64,000 nucleotides of DNA from assembly GCF_002571385.2 (NCBI RefSeq), contig NW_019217789.1:740010-804009 (forward strand). The letters are read 5' to 3'. The notes below the pieces were generated by a model. It searched no databases. It had not been told where the DNA came from and saw only the letters and a program-made list of their open reading frames with translations. Origin of the DNA: Stylophora pistillata (Eukaryota). Below, piece by piece: positions 1-11,900 of this stretch (positions are counted from its first letter, which is position 1; the number at the start of each line of letters is the position of its first letter). The translations under genes were made by a program, and so were the position numbers.

Positions 1-313
1 TCCAGCTGCTTTTCTTAGGTGTACAATTGGAAGTCATCAAATCGTTTAGGCAGTCGTCGTTCCCCCTGTGGTCTAGTTGGTATTTCTCGTCGTGGTTCTT
101 TCTCCTTTTCCTGCTTAATTTGTGGTGTCTCTGTTGGTTTGTCGTACTGTGTCGTTTGTTCTTGCTTGCTGTTGGGTTCTTCTTGGGTCTCAGGGTTCTT
201 TATGCCTCTCAGACTTTCCTCTTTATGGTCCTGTTGCTTGGTCTTCGATGGCGTTGTGCCGTGTTGTACCGCGTTGTCCTTCACTTCATCTGCCGTGTTG
301 ATAAGCGAATTAA

Positions 314-1159
314 CTATTTTGAAGTGGCTAGCATCACGCGATACGGTGCGTCCATCTGTGGTTCTTCTAGCTGTGATCTTTGATCCCTCAATGTCACACA
401 CAATGTGTCACACACAATGTAGAATATTGGTTCATATCGTGTGTTCCATTTGTTCTTTCTTTCTTGCTTGACCAATACATAGTCTCCGATCAACAATCTC
501 TTCTCTTTTGTTCGACTGTTCTTTCGCTGTATTTTCATTATTTCCTTGTACTTTGCATCATTAACATTTATCTGTTCATCTTCTTCGGATGATTGCTGGT
601 TGGGTGTTGAGTGATCTAATTTGGTCCTGATGAATGTTTCTCTCATCGCTTCGTATGGTGAGATTCCTGTTGCTGGGTGGGGTGTCAGTCTGTATGCAGT
701 CAGCATGTCATGAATTGCATTTCGGCTTTCCAATTTGTCTTTACCCTGTAGATGGGCTATTCGTTCAGTGTTGTTTATCGTCTCCATGAATCTGTCCACT
801 TCCCCGTTAGCTCTTGAGTGGAGAGGTGTCACATTATGATGCTCAAATCCTTCTTCTCTGGCAAAGTCTTGAACTGTTTGGAATTGAACGGTGGTCCGGT
901 GTCTGTCTACTCTTCTTGGGGTTCCATAAGTAGCAAACACATGTTTTAGCCTTTCTTTGTTGACTTGGTATGATGTTGATGGTACTCGTTCTGCAACTGG
1001 GTACCGGGTTCTCTTGTCGGTGATTACTACGTTGCAGTGTCCATCAGGGTATGGGCCTCCAAATCCACTGATACAATGTTCCATGGTCTGTCTGGGATGG
1101 TGGTAGTCTTGATTGGTTCCGTTTGTTTCTCTCTTGTAGCAACTTGACATTCGTAACAT
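314..1159 (-). pseudogene. Gypsy integrase core
   Basis: GGPYPDG...VITDKRTRYP, FATYGTP, TPLHSRANGEVDRF, YRLTPHPATGISP. Confidence 0.9.
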
Positions 1160-2259
1160 TGGTCAATGGTTTTGTCTATCATGCTGCTCATGTAAGGGAA
1201 ACAATACTTTCCGCGTAACATTTTCTTCGTCTTTGTCTTTCCAAGGTGCACTAAGCTGTGTCCAATCTTGACAACTTTTCTTTGCAGTTTCTCTGGTAAC
1301 ACGATCCTTTCTTGTCTGAAGATAAGTCCTTGTGCAGTAGAGAGTTCTTGCTCGATGTGTGTACATGGCTCGACATCTTTGTCTTTTTTGTGTGTGTCCC
1401 AGTCTCCTTTTGCCATTTGTTGGGCTAGTTTCTGCATGGTGTTGTCTTTCAGCGTTTCTTCTCTTATCCTCTCTAAGACTACCGAGTGTTCAGCTTCTAC
1501 TGTCCACTTGATGACCTTTTCTGTTCCATCGTCCTCTGTTTCGGGTAACGGATGCCTCGAGAGGTAGTCTAATGGATCAGCTTCATCTTTTCCAGGTTCG
1601 TAGATTAGTTCATAATCTACGTCTTGCATTTGCATAACCAATTTCTCTATTCGGGCAGGCATTGACATCTTGACTTTATTGAAGAGTGGGAGTAAAGGCT
1701 TGTGCGCTGTTACGATGGTGAATCTCGGTGCTCCAAGTAGGTATACTCTCAGTCGATCTTTTGCCCACTTGATCGCTAGTGCGTCTTTCTCCGTCTGGCT
1801 ATATTTCTTCTCTGTCTCAGTCATTGTACGACTTATGTAGTGGACTGGTTGCATGCCGTTCTCGGTCTTCTGTAGTAGTGCTGCAGACGGTCCTTCGTTG
1901 TTACTGACTTCTGTTCTCAATATGATTTGCCTGCCTGGGTCGAAGTATGCCATAGTCTTCTCATCCGATACGTTCTCCCGTATTTTCTGAAATGCTTCAT
2001 GTTCTTCCTTTCCGCAATGGAACTTGGTTTCTTTTCTTGTTAGACGATGTAGTGGTGGAGCAATGCTTGCGTAGTTTGGGATGAAGTTGTCTAGATAGCC
2101 CGCCATTCCTAAGAAGCTCCGAACTTCTTCTTTGCTCTGAGGTGCTTTGCATTCTTTAATCGCTTTCACTTTGTCTGGTGATGGTTTCAGTCCATGGATT
2201 GACGAAGGTGTGTCCAAAGAACTCAATCTCCTCTTTCTCAAATTCGCACTTGTCTTCAT
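1027..2259 (-). pseudogene. Gypsy RT thumb, RNase H and integrase zinc finger
   Basis: VRSFLGMAGY, YSQTEKDALA, VTAHKPL, YEPGK...DYLSR, HSLVHLGKTKT...CYECQ. Confidence 0.92.
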
Positions 2260-2644
2260 TGAATGTTACTCCGTGATCTCTGGCTCTTTGCAACACTGTT
2301 CGCAATACTTGTTGGTGTTCCTCTGCATTTCTTCCGCCTAGAAGTACTTCGTCTCTTTGATTTAGGCAGCGAGGAATGTCTCCAAATACTTTAAACATCA
2401 CCTCGTCGAATACATCCTGCGACGACTTAGCACCAAAGATCAGTCTAAGTGCTCGATAGTTACCCCATGGCGGGCTGAATGTTGCCACCTTTCTGGTTTC
2501 AGGGTCCAGTGCTAACTGATGGTATCCTTGCTTGAGATCGAGTTTCGAGAATACTTTGCAGTAGTGTAGGTGATAGATGAAATCCTCAATCTTTGGTGCC
2601 TGTANAATTTTGGTTTTGGCTGGACCACGAGAGGTGAGCACCAC
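2156..2644 (-). pseudogene. Gypsy reverse transcriptase remnant
   Basis: FSKLDLKQGYHQL, RLIFGAKSSQDVF, QRDEV (degenerate catalytic DD). Confidence 0.9.
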
Positions 2645-2922
2645 GTGATCGCTTCGCCTGGTGGTACTTTTTCGAAGATTTCCTTCTCTACACCTTCGTC
2701 AATTCATTGTTTCAATGGTTGCTGCAAGTGGTAGGGTACATTTCGTGGTTTCTGTGCCACCGGTTTTGCTTGGGGTTCCATTTCTAGTTTGACTTGCATC
2801 TTTTCTCCACTTTCTTTTTCCTTGAAGCAGCCAATTCCATGAAATGTGTCACTATACTCTGCCAGTAATGCTTCAATTTGACATGATGTTTGGACTTTCT
2901 TAATCCTTAAGTTGTTTCGCTC

Positions 2923-3480
2923 TTAAAGTGTTCCTTCCGGATCAATCTTGAGCATTCCTTGCTCGGTAAGTGTGTCTTCGCATATAAGTAGCGGTGAGTC
3001 CATCTTCTCTTTCATGACTAGGAGTTTTGCTGTGATTCCTCGGGTCTTGTTTCTGATCAGTGCTGTGAATTCACCCTTGACCTCCAACCTGCTTTGTAAG
3101 GTTTTCAGTTTGGCATTAGAAGGTGACAATTCCTGTATTTCTTGAGATCTGTGTTTGAGTGTTCTGAATTGATACTCATCCATTATGTTGATGCTAGCTC
3201 CCCTGTCCGGTTCCACATCTGCATCTAAATCAGCGATTCTCAATCTGACTGTGTTGGTTTTATTACTCGATCGTACTTTCTTTGCTTCATAGTTAAGGTG
3301 ACGTGCTGTTTGTTGTAGAAATCCGTCATCTGAATCCTCGCTTGAGTCTGTGGTCTTTATCACGCGTTGCTGTTGTCTTTGTTTCTGCTGTGGTTTTGTG
3401 CCTTTGTTGCTTTCAGTCGTTTCTTTGCCTGGATTGCTTTTGCAGCATTTCGCGAAGTGGTTGTACTTTCCACATTTCAA
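2923..3480 (-). pseudogene. Gypsy gag zinc knuckle and aspartic protease remnant
   Basis: CGKYNHFAKCC knuckle; DRGAS where D(T/S)GAS is expected. Confidence 0.85.
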
Positions 3481-4023
3481 ACATTGCTTTCCATATGCAG
3501 GGCAGTTTTGACCTGGTTTGTGATCTCCGTTTTTTCCATAGTAGTGAAAGGGTTTCTCATCTCTCTTTTCATTTGGTTTTGTTTTATGTCTCTTTCCTTG
3601 ATGATCCAGATTTCATCTTTTCCTTATGCATTCCTTTATCAGGTCTTCCTTTGGTATGGTTTGGATCAAGTGCTCTAGTATTCCAGCATCCAATTGATCG
3701 CCGAATTCACATTCTTTAGCTTTTTCTCTCATTCTCGCTGCGTAGCTGATGATGCTTTCGTTGGATTTTATACGTTCCTTGCTAAACATATATTTGGCGT
3801 GATGATTATTTCTCTTTGGTAGGAAATGATTAATTAACTTTCTCTTGAGCTTTGTATAGTCATTGTCGCCGTCCTGTGTTGGGGTCTCCGGTAGATTTCT
3901 GGATAGTTTCTTTATCTCTGTCCCACCGTAAATCTTATAACAATCAGTATTTTTTGAACAATGAATGAAACATTCAAACATTGTGTGTTAACTCAGTATT
4001 TGAGCTGTACATCAATTTGCTTC

Positions 4024-4218
4024 TTTCCAGAAGATACCCTTCTCACACCCTCCCCCCTCCTTACCCATGGAAGATCATTGTATATTTTGATGAAGAAGTG
4101 ATTCTCAAAACCCTAGTAGGAAAGTTTCAAACTAACTTAAGATTTGTTGGGGGGAAGGTCGGTTCAAACCAAAAAAACCTCCTATTGGAGGAGCATGGAT
4201 ATTTTTGGAACAACTCAT
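4024..4218. mobile_element. Degenerate MITE-like element
   Basis: TTCCAGAAGATACCC at the left and GGATATTTTTGGAA at the right are imperfect inverted ends. Confidence 0.4.
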
Positions 4219-4814
4219 AAATTATCACAAAATATCCAGCTCAGTCTTTTAATTATCTAGTCAGGTTGCATTAACCTGGTTGCTTCCCAAGAGCAATGGG
4301 AGAAATTGAATTACTGTGTAGTGCGACAGGGAAGAAGCTGGCTGGTTACAACAGATTTGACCGCATATCCACATTGAATGCAAACAAAAGTTACTTGTCG
4401 AAATATTTGGTACTTAATTTTTTTTTTTAACACATGTTTTTACTGTCTTTTTCAATGAGGTCTCGTGTTATCGATATGAAATGTTCATTTACTGTGAAAA
4501 AACACCCACACTGTAATAATTAGAAATCAGTCCTTCCTAGCAGAGAAAATTGAAAGTCCGATTTCAACTTTTTGCAGCGTAAAGAAAAACGAAAATAAAA
4601 CTTGAATTTCATTTTCCTACGCAATCACTATTAATCGAGGAGACTCGAAAATCAGTTGGCACTAAGGAACACGGATTCAATAGCCACTCGGAAAATGAAG
4701 AACTGATATACAGTCCAGCAAAAATCCGTAGATGGGTAAAGCCCTATGCTCACTTGAAACACCTCATTCTCCTTGGTTCTCCCGAAAAATTATCATCTTA
4801 GAAGAAAAATCAAT

Positions 4815-5104
4815 CTCGGGGGTAGGACTCCTATATGAAACAAACGGGGATACCCGTGCTCTCGCTTAGTGGTGTAGATTTCAGATTCTGGCCTCGCTTA
4901 GGGATTTCAGGAAAAAGCGCCAACATTTTCAGCGTTTAAGGTTTCGTTTAGGGTTGCACGCGAAGAAATATGGGTAAAAAAATCATTTTTAACCCAGATT
5001 TTTCTCTTAGGGGTAAAAAGAATGCGTGACCCACGCCTACATTGGTATCGTTCTGGAATAAATTTCCAAATTTTCGACGAGCATCCCGTTAGTCATCCTC
5101 CCGG
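4815..5104. mobile_element. Degenerate MITE with CCCGG-type ends
   Basis: CTCGGGGG...CGGGGATACCCGT at the left versus GACGAGCATCCCG...CTCCCGG at the right; non-coding interior. Confidence 0.45.
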
Positions 5105-5398
5105 AAAGGTAACACTTGTACAACACAAGAATCAAACATAGCGAACAAGAGTAGAACGAACGAATGCGCAACATTCAACAGCTTCTCATCATGGGCGTCC
5201 TGCGAATAGGAATACGCAAAGTAACTCAAATACTCTAAAAACAGATCCTTTCCAGACACTTTTCAGCCGTCTGTTCCAGCACCTCTACCTGTATGTGCCC
5301 TTGCTAGCAAAACATACACTTCCACGACTGGAGGCCTATCTACTGCATTCACGAGTTTGCTCACAAGAGCCTTTGATTTAGCCCGAACTCTTTGACAG

Positions 5399-5680
5399 CT
5401 GGACGCGCCCCCTACGGCGGGCCAAGAAAGAAACTTTGAGAAATTTAACTATAAGGATAAAACTATAGGATGACATATATTTGGTTTGTAAATATATCAC
5501 ACAAGACATTTTTAAAGGCCTCTAAATGGATCATGACAGCTGTTCAGCGGTTAGCATTGAAGTTTTGATAAAATAGTCCAAACTCTTTTAAACCTGGACG
5601 CGCCGCTTATGGCGGGCCAAGATAGAGAATTGGAGGACTTAAAATACAAGGATAGAGCTTTAAGATGATGTATATTATGA
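5399..5680 (+). repeat. Two diverged direct repeats, ~195 bp apart
   Basis: CTGGACGCGCCnCnTAyGGCGGGCCAAGA...AAGGATA...GATGA at ~5399 and ~5594. Confidence 0.75.
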
Positions 5681-8600
5681 TTTTTAAGTGTATATGGCAG
5701 ACCTGTTCATAGGTCACTGAAGTTGACCTTTATTTTGCCTCCGCGAAAGAGACGCGAAGTACTTTATTTCAACGGGTTACTATTCAGACTTATGTAAAAA
5801 TATAACGAGAATTTAATATTTTCCAAGAGATAAAAGAATCATCTACTAGCACACAAAATTTAAAAGCGGTATTACATCGCGTTGTGGGGTACGAAGTTGC
5901 CGAAGTTGCATAATTTTTCATTGCTCTAAGGGAGGGACAGCGGCCATTTAGGCGTATTTTTAACTTTTCGATTTTTCGGAGATAAAAAGCGCGATAGAAA
6001 TTTTTGATATAGACTTCGAAAAAGGTTCATTAAAAGGGTCCTTTAGAAAAAAATAAAACGAATTACGAAATTTTGCGACTGTCGGCAGATTCTTGATATT
6101 CACCGTCAGTGGCTCTTAAAAATACCAGAAAATAAACATCGGAGTATCCTTGACCTACTGTTTAACTCTAAAGTGCAATACGCCCAAATCTTATCAAAAT
6201 TGAACATGATCTTTGTTTATTGTAACAGGGTACCTTTCCCACAATACATCTTGGTACACGTATTGAGTGGAGTTGACTAAGATATGATGGCAGACAACAT
6301 CTGCACGACATCAAATTTAATTTCGACTTAATTACACCATTTTGTAAAAATTGGTGTCAGTAAATTCGCAACTTTTTAATACCGAAAAAAATTAATACAA
6401 GGTTCTGGCAAAAAAGAAATGGACAATTCTCCACACTTCAGATTTTTTTACTTTCTTTTTCCTGAAATTCGATTGGCTAGGTATCGAATCCTCACTAGTA
6501 AGGAAAAAGAACCCGCAATTTCGAGCAAAGTACTACGAGATGCGTCGATGAATTATGTTCCTGAGAGCTAATCAAAATGGATGAAATAAAACAACCACTT
6601 CACATTCATATCGCTATATAACAGAACATAACTTACTGCAATTAAAGTAAGTCATACATTGCAATGTAATTAGTTTTGTAAACAAAATAGCTATCATAAA
6701 CATCTATGTATATCATAAGTCAGATTGCTTCATTCAAAAATATATTAACATGCTATTTTCAAATGGTCTCTGTATTCATATTGAATAAGGGGATGCTGGC
6801 TTCCAACGATCTGAGAGGGTAATGTTTGCATTACTCCAGGTGGCTCTAGGACTCGCGTTTCTTCAGTATCTTAAAATCACCGGATATTAAAAACTATAGA
6901 TTGCCCTGCTGAGTTTAGAGCAATCTTTTCTTATCAAACGCCCCCATACACTAAAAAAATATTGGAAAACTCAATTTTATTTCAACAGGTAGCCTACCAT
7001 CTACACTTCTGATGAGAATGACCGAATTATATGCTTGTCCAAACAAGTAGCAAACTCATTTTGCTGCGTTCACAAACATATGATCCATCTTTTAGAGTCG
7101 ACGGAAAACTCTCGTTTCGTTTTTGAGGAACAAACGCCACTTTGAAATTTTTCCGGCAAGGTAAAGACGGGACTTTTTCCAAATCGAGTCGCTAAAATAT
7201 ACGCTCCTTGATTAATTTTGTTCACTAAATCCCGATAGCATAAAAAATTCATGCTGACCTACAAATCCTTGCAAAGGGTAGGAGGCTCTGATTGGCTCAT
7301 TGCTGAAATTAATCAGTGCAGCTTTTTGTGATAAGCGCCTTAGTCAATCTGTCCGTTTTGTTGACTTTCGATACGTTTGCTGATGAATTTGCGTGAATTG
7401 TTAATCTTTTTTTGCTTTCCACTCTTCCGTCAACGATTGATCAACCCATGGTCACCTCAATTCGCGTTTTTAGTTGGCAAGAAAGATCGCTGTAAGTAAA
7501 CTGTATGACTTCTTTTTAAGCTGGCAGCATTTTGAGCGTTTACAAATCGGCGCTGAATAGCGCATAATCTTGCTATTCCTTATAAATCGACCTCGTTCGA
7601 ATTGTCCTAATATATCGTTTCTAAAATTAACACCAGGTGATTTAATGCGGGTTTCACTTGCCGATTTGTTTTCTGGTTTCTACTAATGAATGCACGATAC
7701 TAGGTGCAACTGACTCGTGACATTAAGACTTCCCAATAGCGTTATGTACAACTGATGACTTATCTTAAATTTTTTTGGTAAACTAATTTCAGGAAATTTA
7801 AGCACTAAAATTAAAGCCGACAATTTTGTTTAAGTGAAAGTAAAAGCATGGTTAAACTTTTTTATATGTTCGAATAAGTCATTGTGAAAATTTGCAAAAT
7901 TACTGACGATCTCTGACGGCACATAATAATTATTATGTAAACCGGCCGATTCCCGTAGCCATCACAAACCTCATTAAGACATCAACTTGCAGTAGGAAAA
8001 CTGATTTGAGAAACTTAAGTAGTAGACTGAATACAGACAAAATTTTGTAGCTAAAAGCGAATTAGACTTCTTGATTCATGTTTTTGTGTTTGGCGTTGAA
8101 GGAATACAAAAATAAATCACGAACGGTTTTTAAACGGCGAGTAATCTGATCCAATGGCACAAGACGTTTAAATGCTTCAATTTAAAACCAAAAGTCATTC
8201 AGTTAGTCCACATAGCGTGGAAAAACTGCGTCTGAGGCTCGAGTATGAAATGAGATGCCACACTTAATGATAGCAACTTCTATTTTATGTTTTCATCTGT
8301 TTCTATCTACCGAAGACAAGTTAGCTAGACAGTCTGCTGCAGCGGCTATCTGGACCGCGAAAGTAAGCTAAAAAATACTTGTTTCGCTGAGGTTAAGCTT
8401 CAAATTTTCATTCTGTATCTGTTACATGCACGATTAGTAGAGCTCTGAGACTGCGGAATAACGGAACAGTGATTCACCGACAAACAAGACAACTTCCTTG
8501 TCCATGCAAACACGGATATGGAGACACGTCTGTGGAAAGATCGATAAATGATGTTTATGTTTCCCTCCCTTGCCGCAAAATTATAATCTGTGGAGTTATG

Positions 8601-8946
8601 TATGTTTTTGGTGCTTTCTGCAAACGCCATGTGATAGATGGAAAGGCGGCCGAAAGATAGGTGCTCGATTTATTGGTTAAATTTACATCAGGAGCTAAGT
8701 AATCACTTGCAGTCAAAACATGATGGCTTGAAAGATGATCTGTTGTGATGACCTGATTGTTCTTTATATCGTATCCCATCAACGGGATCCACACAAGTGA
8801 CCTTGCTCTCCAGGGTCGACTTTTCCTATCTCCTAAGAGGATAAATTTTGTGAAGAATTCTCTTTTCCCGATTCTTTTCTTTTCTCGTGGAAACGGATCA
8901 TAAATTGAACGATAGCTTGTTGAACGGCACGATTGCTGTTATTCTC

Positions 8947-9006
8947 TTTAATAATAATAATAATAATAATAATAATTATTATTATTATTATTATTATTAT
9001 TATAAA
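8947..9006. repeat. (AAT)n(ATT)n palindromic microsatellite
   Basis: A run of AAT directly followed by a run of ATT. Confidence 0.95.
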
Positions 9007-10375
9007 CGAATATTTAAACAGGATAAACCCTTTAGAACAAAATAGTACTGTTATGAAAGGGGTCCTGTAAATACTAAAAAAGTAAAAAAATATCAAATGT
9101 GGAGAATACAGCAGTAAAAAGCGGTATTATAAAAACAACAAATAAAAATGTTCATAGACGTTTTCCCTAAATAACACTTTGGAGCTCAGTTTCCGGATCT
9201 CTAACGGTAGACTATTGAAAATAAGAACACCTTAAAAAGAAAAACTTTGTCGACCAAACTCCAGTTTCATTTTCAGAAGTTCAACTGATAGAAACCTATT
9301 CCACGTGTTAAAATTGTGATTTATCTATTTTATTCTATTAGCTTTGCCAGTAATTCATACAATATAGAACACGGTCAAGTACAATAACAATAACGGTCAG
9401 GCAACCACAACAGCGATAGCCAAGGGTATTAGAATAATAAAACGATTACATCAATAATTAATGATTAAGAACAGCATGGACCTGGTGTTTTTTCAGGCTA
9501 CGACATGAATTACATTTCGTACAGATAGTTTTATAAGTCCTGGGATTGTCAATGTCACAGATTTCTTGAAGTCCAGTCGAATAATAACATATCAAACCAC
9601 GTTTGAAGTCAATTACATTGTTCATACTTAGATTAAGCTCGCCTGACAATGCGTTCCAGACTCTTATTGTTCGTACTATAAAGGACTCTTGAAATGTTGG
9701 AGTCTTGCATTTAGGTACAGAGTATTTGGTAACAGCTGTATTGGCAGACGATCGTGCGTGTCATTTGTCCTTGTAAGAAAATTTTTTGAAAGGCTTACAG
9801 ACGTAACCGAGTAATCAATCAAAACATGCAGACAGACTTTCCGTGACAAATAACTGCCAGTTGATGAAATACGAATGTACATATTTTTTAGTCCTGAAGT
9901 TATGCGATTCAGGCCTCGACGTTCGACGTTACAAATTTGTCGCTCGCGCGTATTTTAGTAGTTAAGTGTGGCTAAATTACAGTAAGTAAAAATCGGCATG
10001 ATGAATAATTTCTGCAGCTGTACAGGTAATAAAAGAACAAATTTTCCGCGATGAATTTACTCTTCCAGCCACTTTCTTGCAAGTTTGTTGAAGCGCGTTT
10101 CAAAATTTAAAGCAGGATCTAAGTGAACACCCAATTATTTTTAGCTTGTTGTGCTATTTATAGGTAGACCATTGATCATCAGGTATGGCTGTCTCCCCTG
10201 TAGACGGTTTAACCTTTTTGCAGTCCCAAAAATCATTGACTGTCTTTGCCTTTTTGATATTAATGATCAGTTCATTCTTGCAGAACCGTGTTAACAGATT
10301 GTTGATGTCATTATTAAGATTCCTTTCGATATCGTCAACACTAATAAGATAAAATAGACTCAATAGAATGGTCAA
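8975..10375 (-). mobile_element. Degenerate 5'-truncated LINE (L2/CR1 group) interrupted by a second LINE 3' fragment
   Basis: Minus-strand remnants ERNLNNDINNL...NELIINIKKAKT, LGVHLDPALNF and KLEFGRQSFSF*GVLIFNSLPLEIR; 3' UTR ends in a (TAA)n tail at ~8975-9005. Confidence 0.8.
9335..9820 (-). mobile_element. Nested 3' fragment of a different LINE
   Basis: TFQESF..RTIRVWNALSGEL...DIDNPRTYKTICTKCNSCRSL, a second LINE ORF2 C-terminus lying inside the first; boundaries approximate. Confidence 0.7.
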
Positions 10376-11782
10376 GCCAGAGAAATACCCTATTACTGTA
10401 TTTCAAAAATTGATGTCTATTTCTCATTAGCGAACTCTTGCACCGTGATAACTTAGTCAAGTTAATAATCTCCACATGTTCCAAGTATTATGGTTAAAAA
10501 CGAGGCTTTACCCTACAAGCTCATTCATCTGTCTGTATATGTTGTCCTCGTCTTTTGATTCCCATATTTCAGGATGTAGGAGAAAAAAAAGATGCGAATG
10601 ACCTGAGCACTAGAGAGTTGTTAGTTCCGGATCAAGAACTAACCTGAAAAAGAGTTATAGTCAGTCTACACCTTGGCTCAAAGTCGTCAAAGCTTTCACG
10701 GCACCATTTGCGCGAAGAGTGCAACTTTCCAGATAATATAATATATTCATCACCTCCCAGTTAGCTGTTATTTGTCCAGGTTGATTTAGATGTATTTGAT
10801 AAGTGATTCTATTTTTCAGTATGATTACAATTACGGATAAAACACTTGAACTGGAGTCATTAACAAGGATAACCTGCTGAAGGACCATTAACGACCATTA
10901 GGGGCACCTTGATATTAGAGTAGAATCCGATCGAGATTAGGTGAGAAACCTGCGAGATATTGTATCTAAACCAAACATTAAGAAACTGAAAGATCTTAAG
11001 AACTACAGAAAAAAAATTGCATGCATGGGATGTAAATTTTCGTTAAGAATAAGAGGGATAAGAGGGTGGCGAAAAGTTAGGAGCCAAGAAATCGACACGC
11101 CACGACCTTCTGAGGACATCAATATGTGTATGGATTTTCACTTGAAATGAGAAGGTTTTTATCGCCCTTTAGAAAAATTTTTAATTTCTTTTTGTGATTT
11201 TTCTTCCGTGGGCTACGAAAATATCATGCAATTCTTTCGATGCCAATATGTTTCTAAGAAACAAACAACGCGTACTGTTTTGGTAAGTGGAGGTGAGATA
11301 GTTGTTAACAGCAACGGAAAACAACGTCTGGTTTTATATTTTTCCACTTAACCTCTCTTGGAACAGTTTGAATAAATCGCTTTTTTAAATGCTGAACGGA
11401 TTATAAGGTGAAATGTTTGCGAAAATGTTATGGCCTGAAAATAAATCTAGAAACCAACAAAACTGAGATGGAACTTAAAGTCTCAGTGAACGGAATTAAA
11501 ATTATATAATAATTATAGTATTATATTCTTGTGAAACTGAATCGAGAGACAGAAACTCTTATTATATTTCTTATTTATCCTAATTTGTGATGTGTCATTT
11601 CTTTCAAGTGTGCATTTTAAATCAATTTTTGTAAAATCCTTATTTTGAAGTCAGGAAATAATTACCATAGCATATTGCAAAAACTTTAAAAAAATCATCA
11701 CGAATGGGTCTTTCACATTTAGTGTGGTATGTAGATCGATTATCTTTCCAAGAAGCGGATTCATAGCCAGTGAATTTAAAAA

Positions 11783-11900
11783 AAAACCTTTTACTTGTTA
11801 TAAAAGAAAACCTTTTACTTGTTATAAAAGAAAACCTTTTACTTGTCATAAAAGAAAACCTTTTACTTGTTATAAAAAAACCTTTACATGTTATAAAAAA
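11783..11900 (+). repeat. 24-bp minisatellite, ~5 copies
   Basis: AAACCTTTTACTTGTTATAAAAGA repeated; explains the spurious KRKPFTCY ORF. Confidence 0.92.

Larger units (their letters stand above)
15..3981 (-). mobile_element. Decayed Ty3/Gypsy LTR retrotransposon internal region (gag-PR-RT-RNaseH-IN)
   Basis: Successive broken minus-strand ORFs in Gypsy order: gag (3981-3613), zinc knuckle CxxCGKYNHFAKCC (~3490-3440), protease EPDRGASINI, RT (FSKLDLKQGYHQL, NQRDEVLLGG), RNase H (YSQTEKDALAIKWA), integrase HHCC and core (HSRANGEV). Frameshifts and stops throughout; no 5' LTR seen near 4000. Confidence 0.95.

Noticed and set aside
11783-11900. CRISPR array or repeat protein
   Set aside because: Head-to-tail units with no spacers, in a eukaryotic context.
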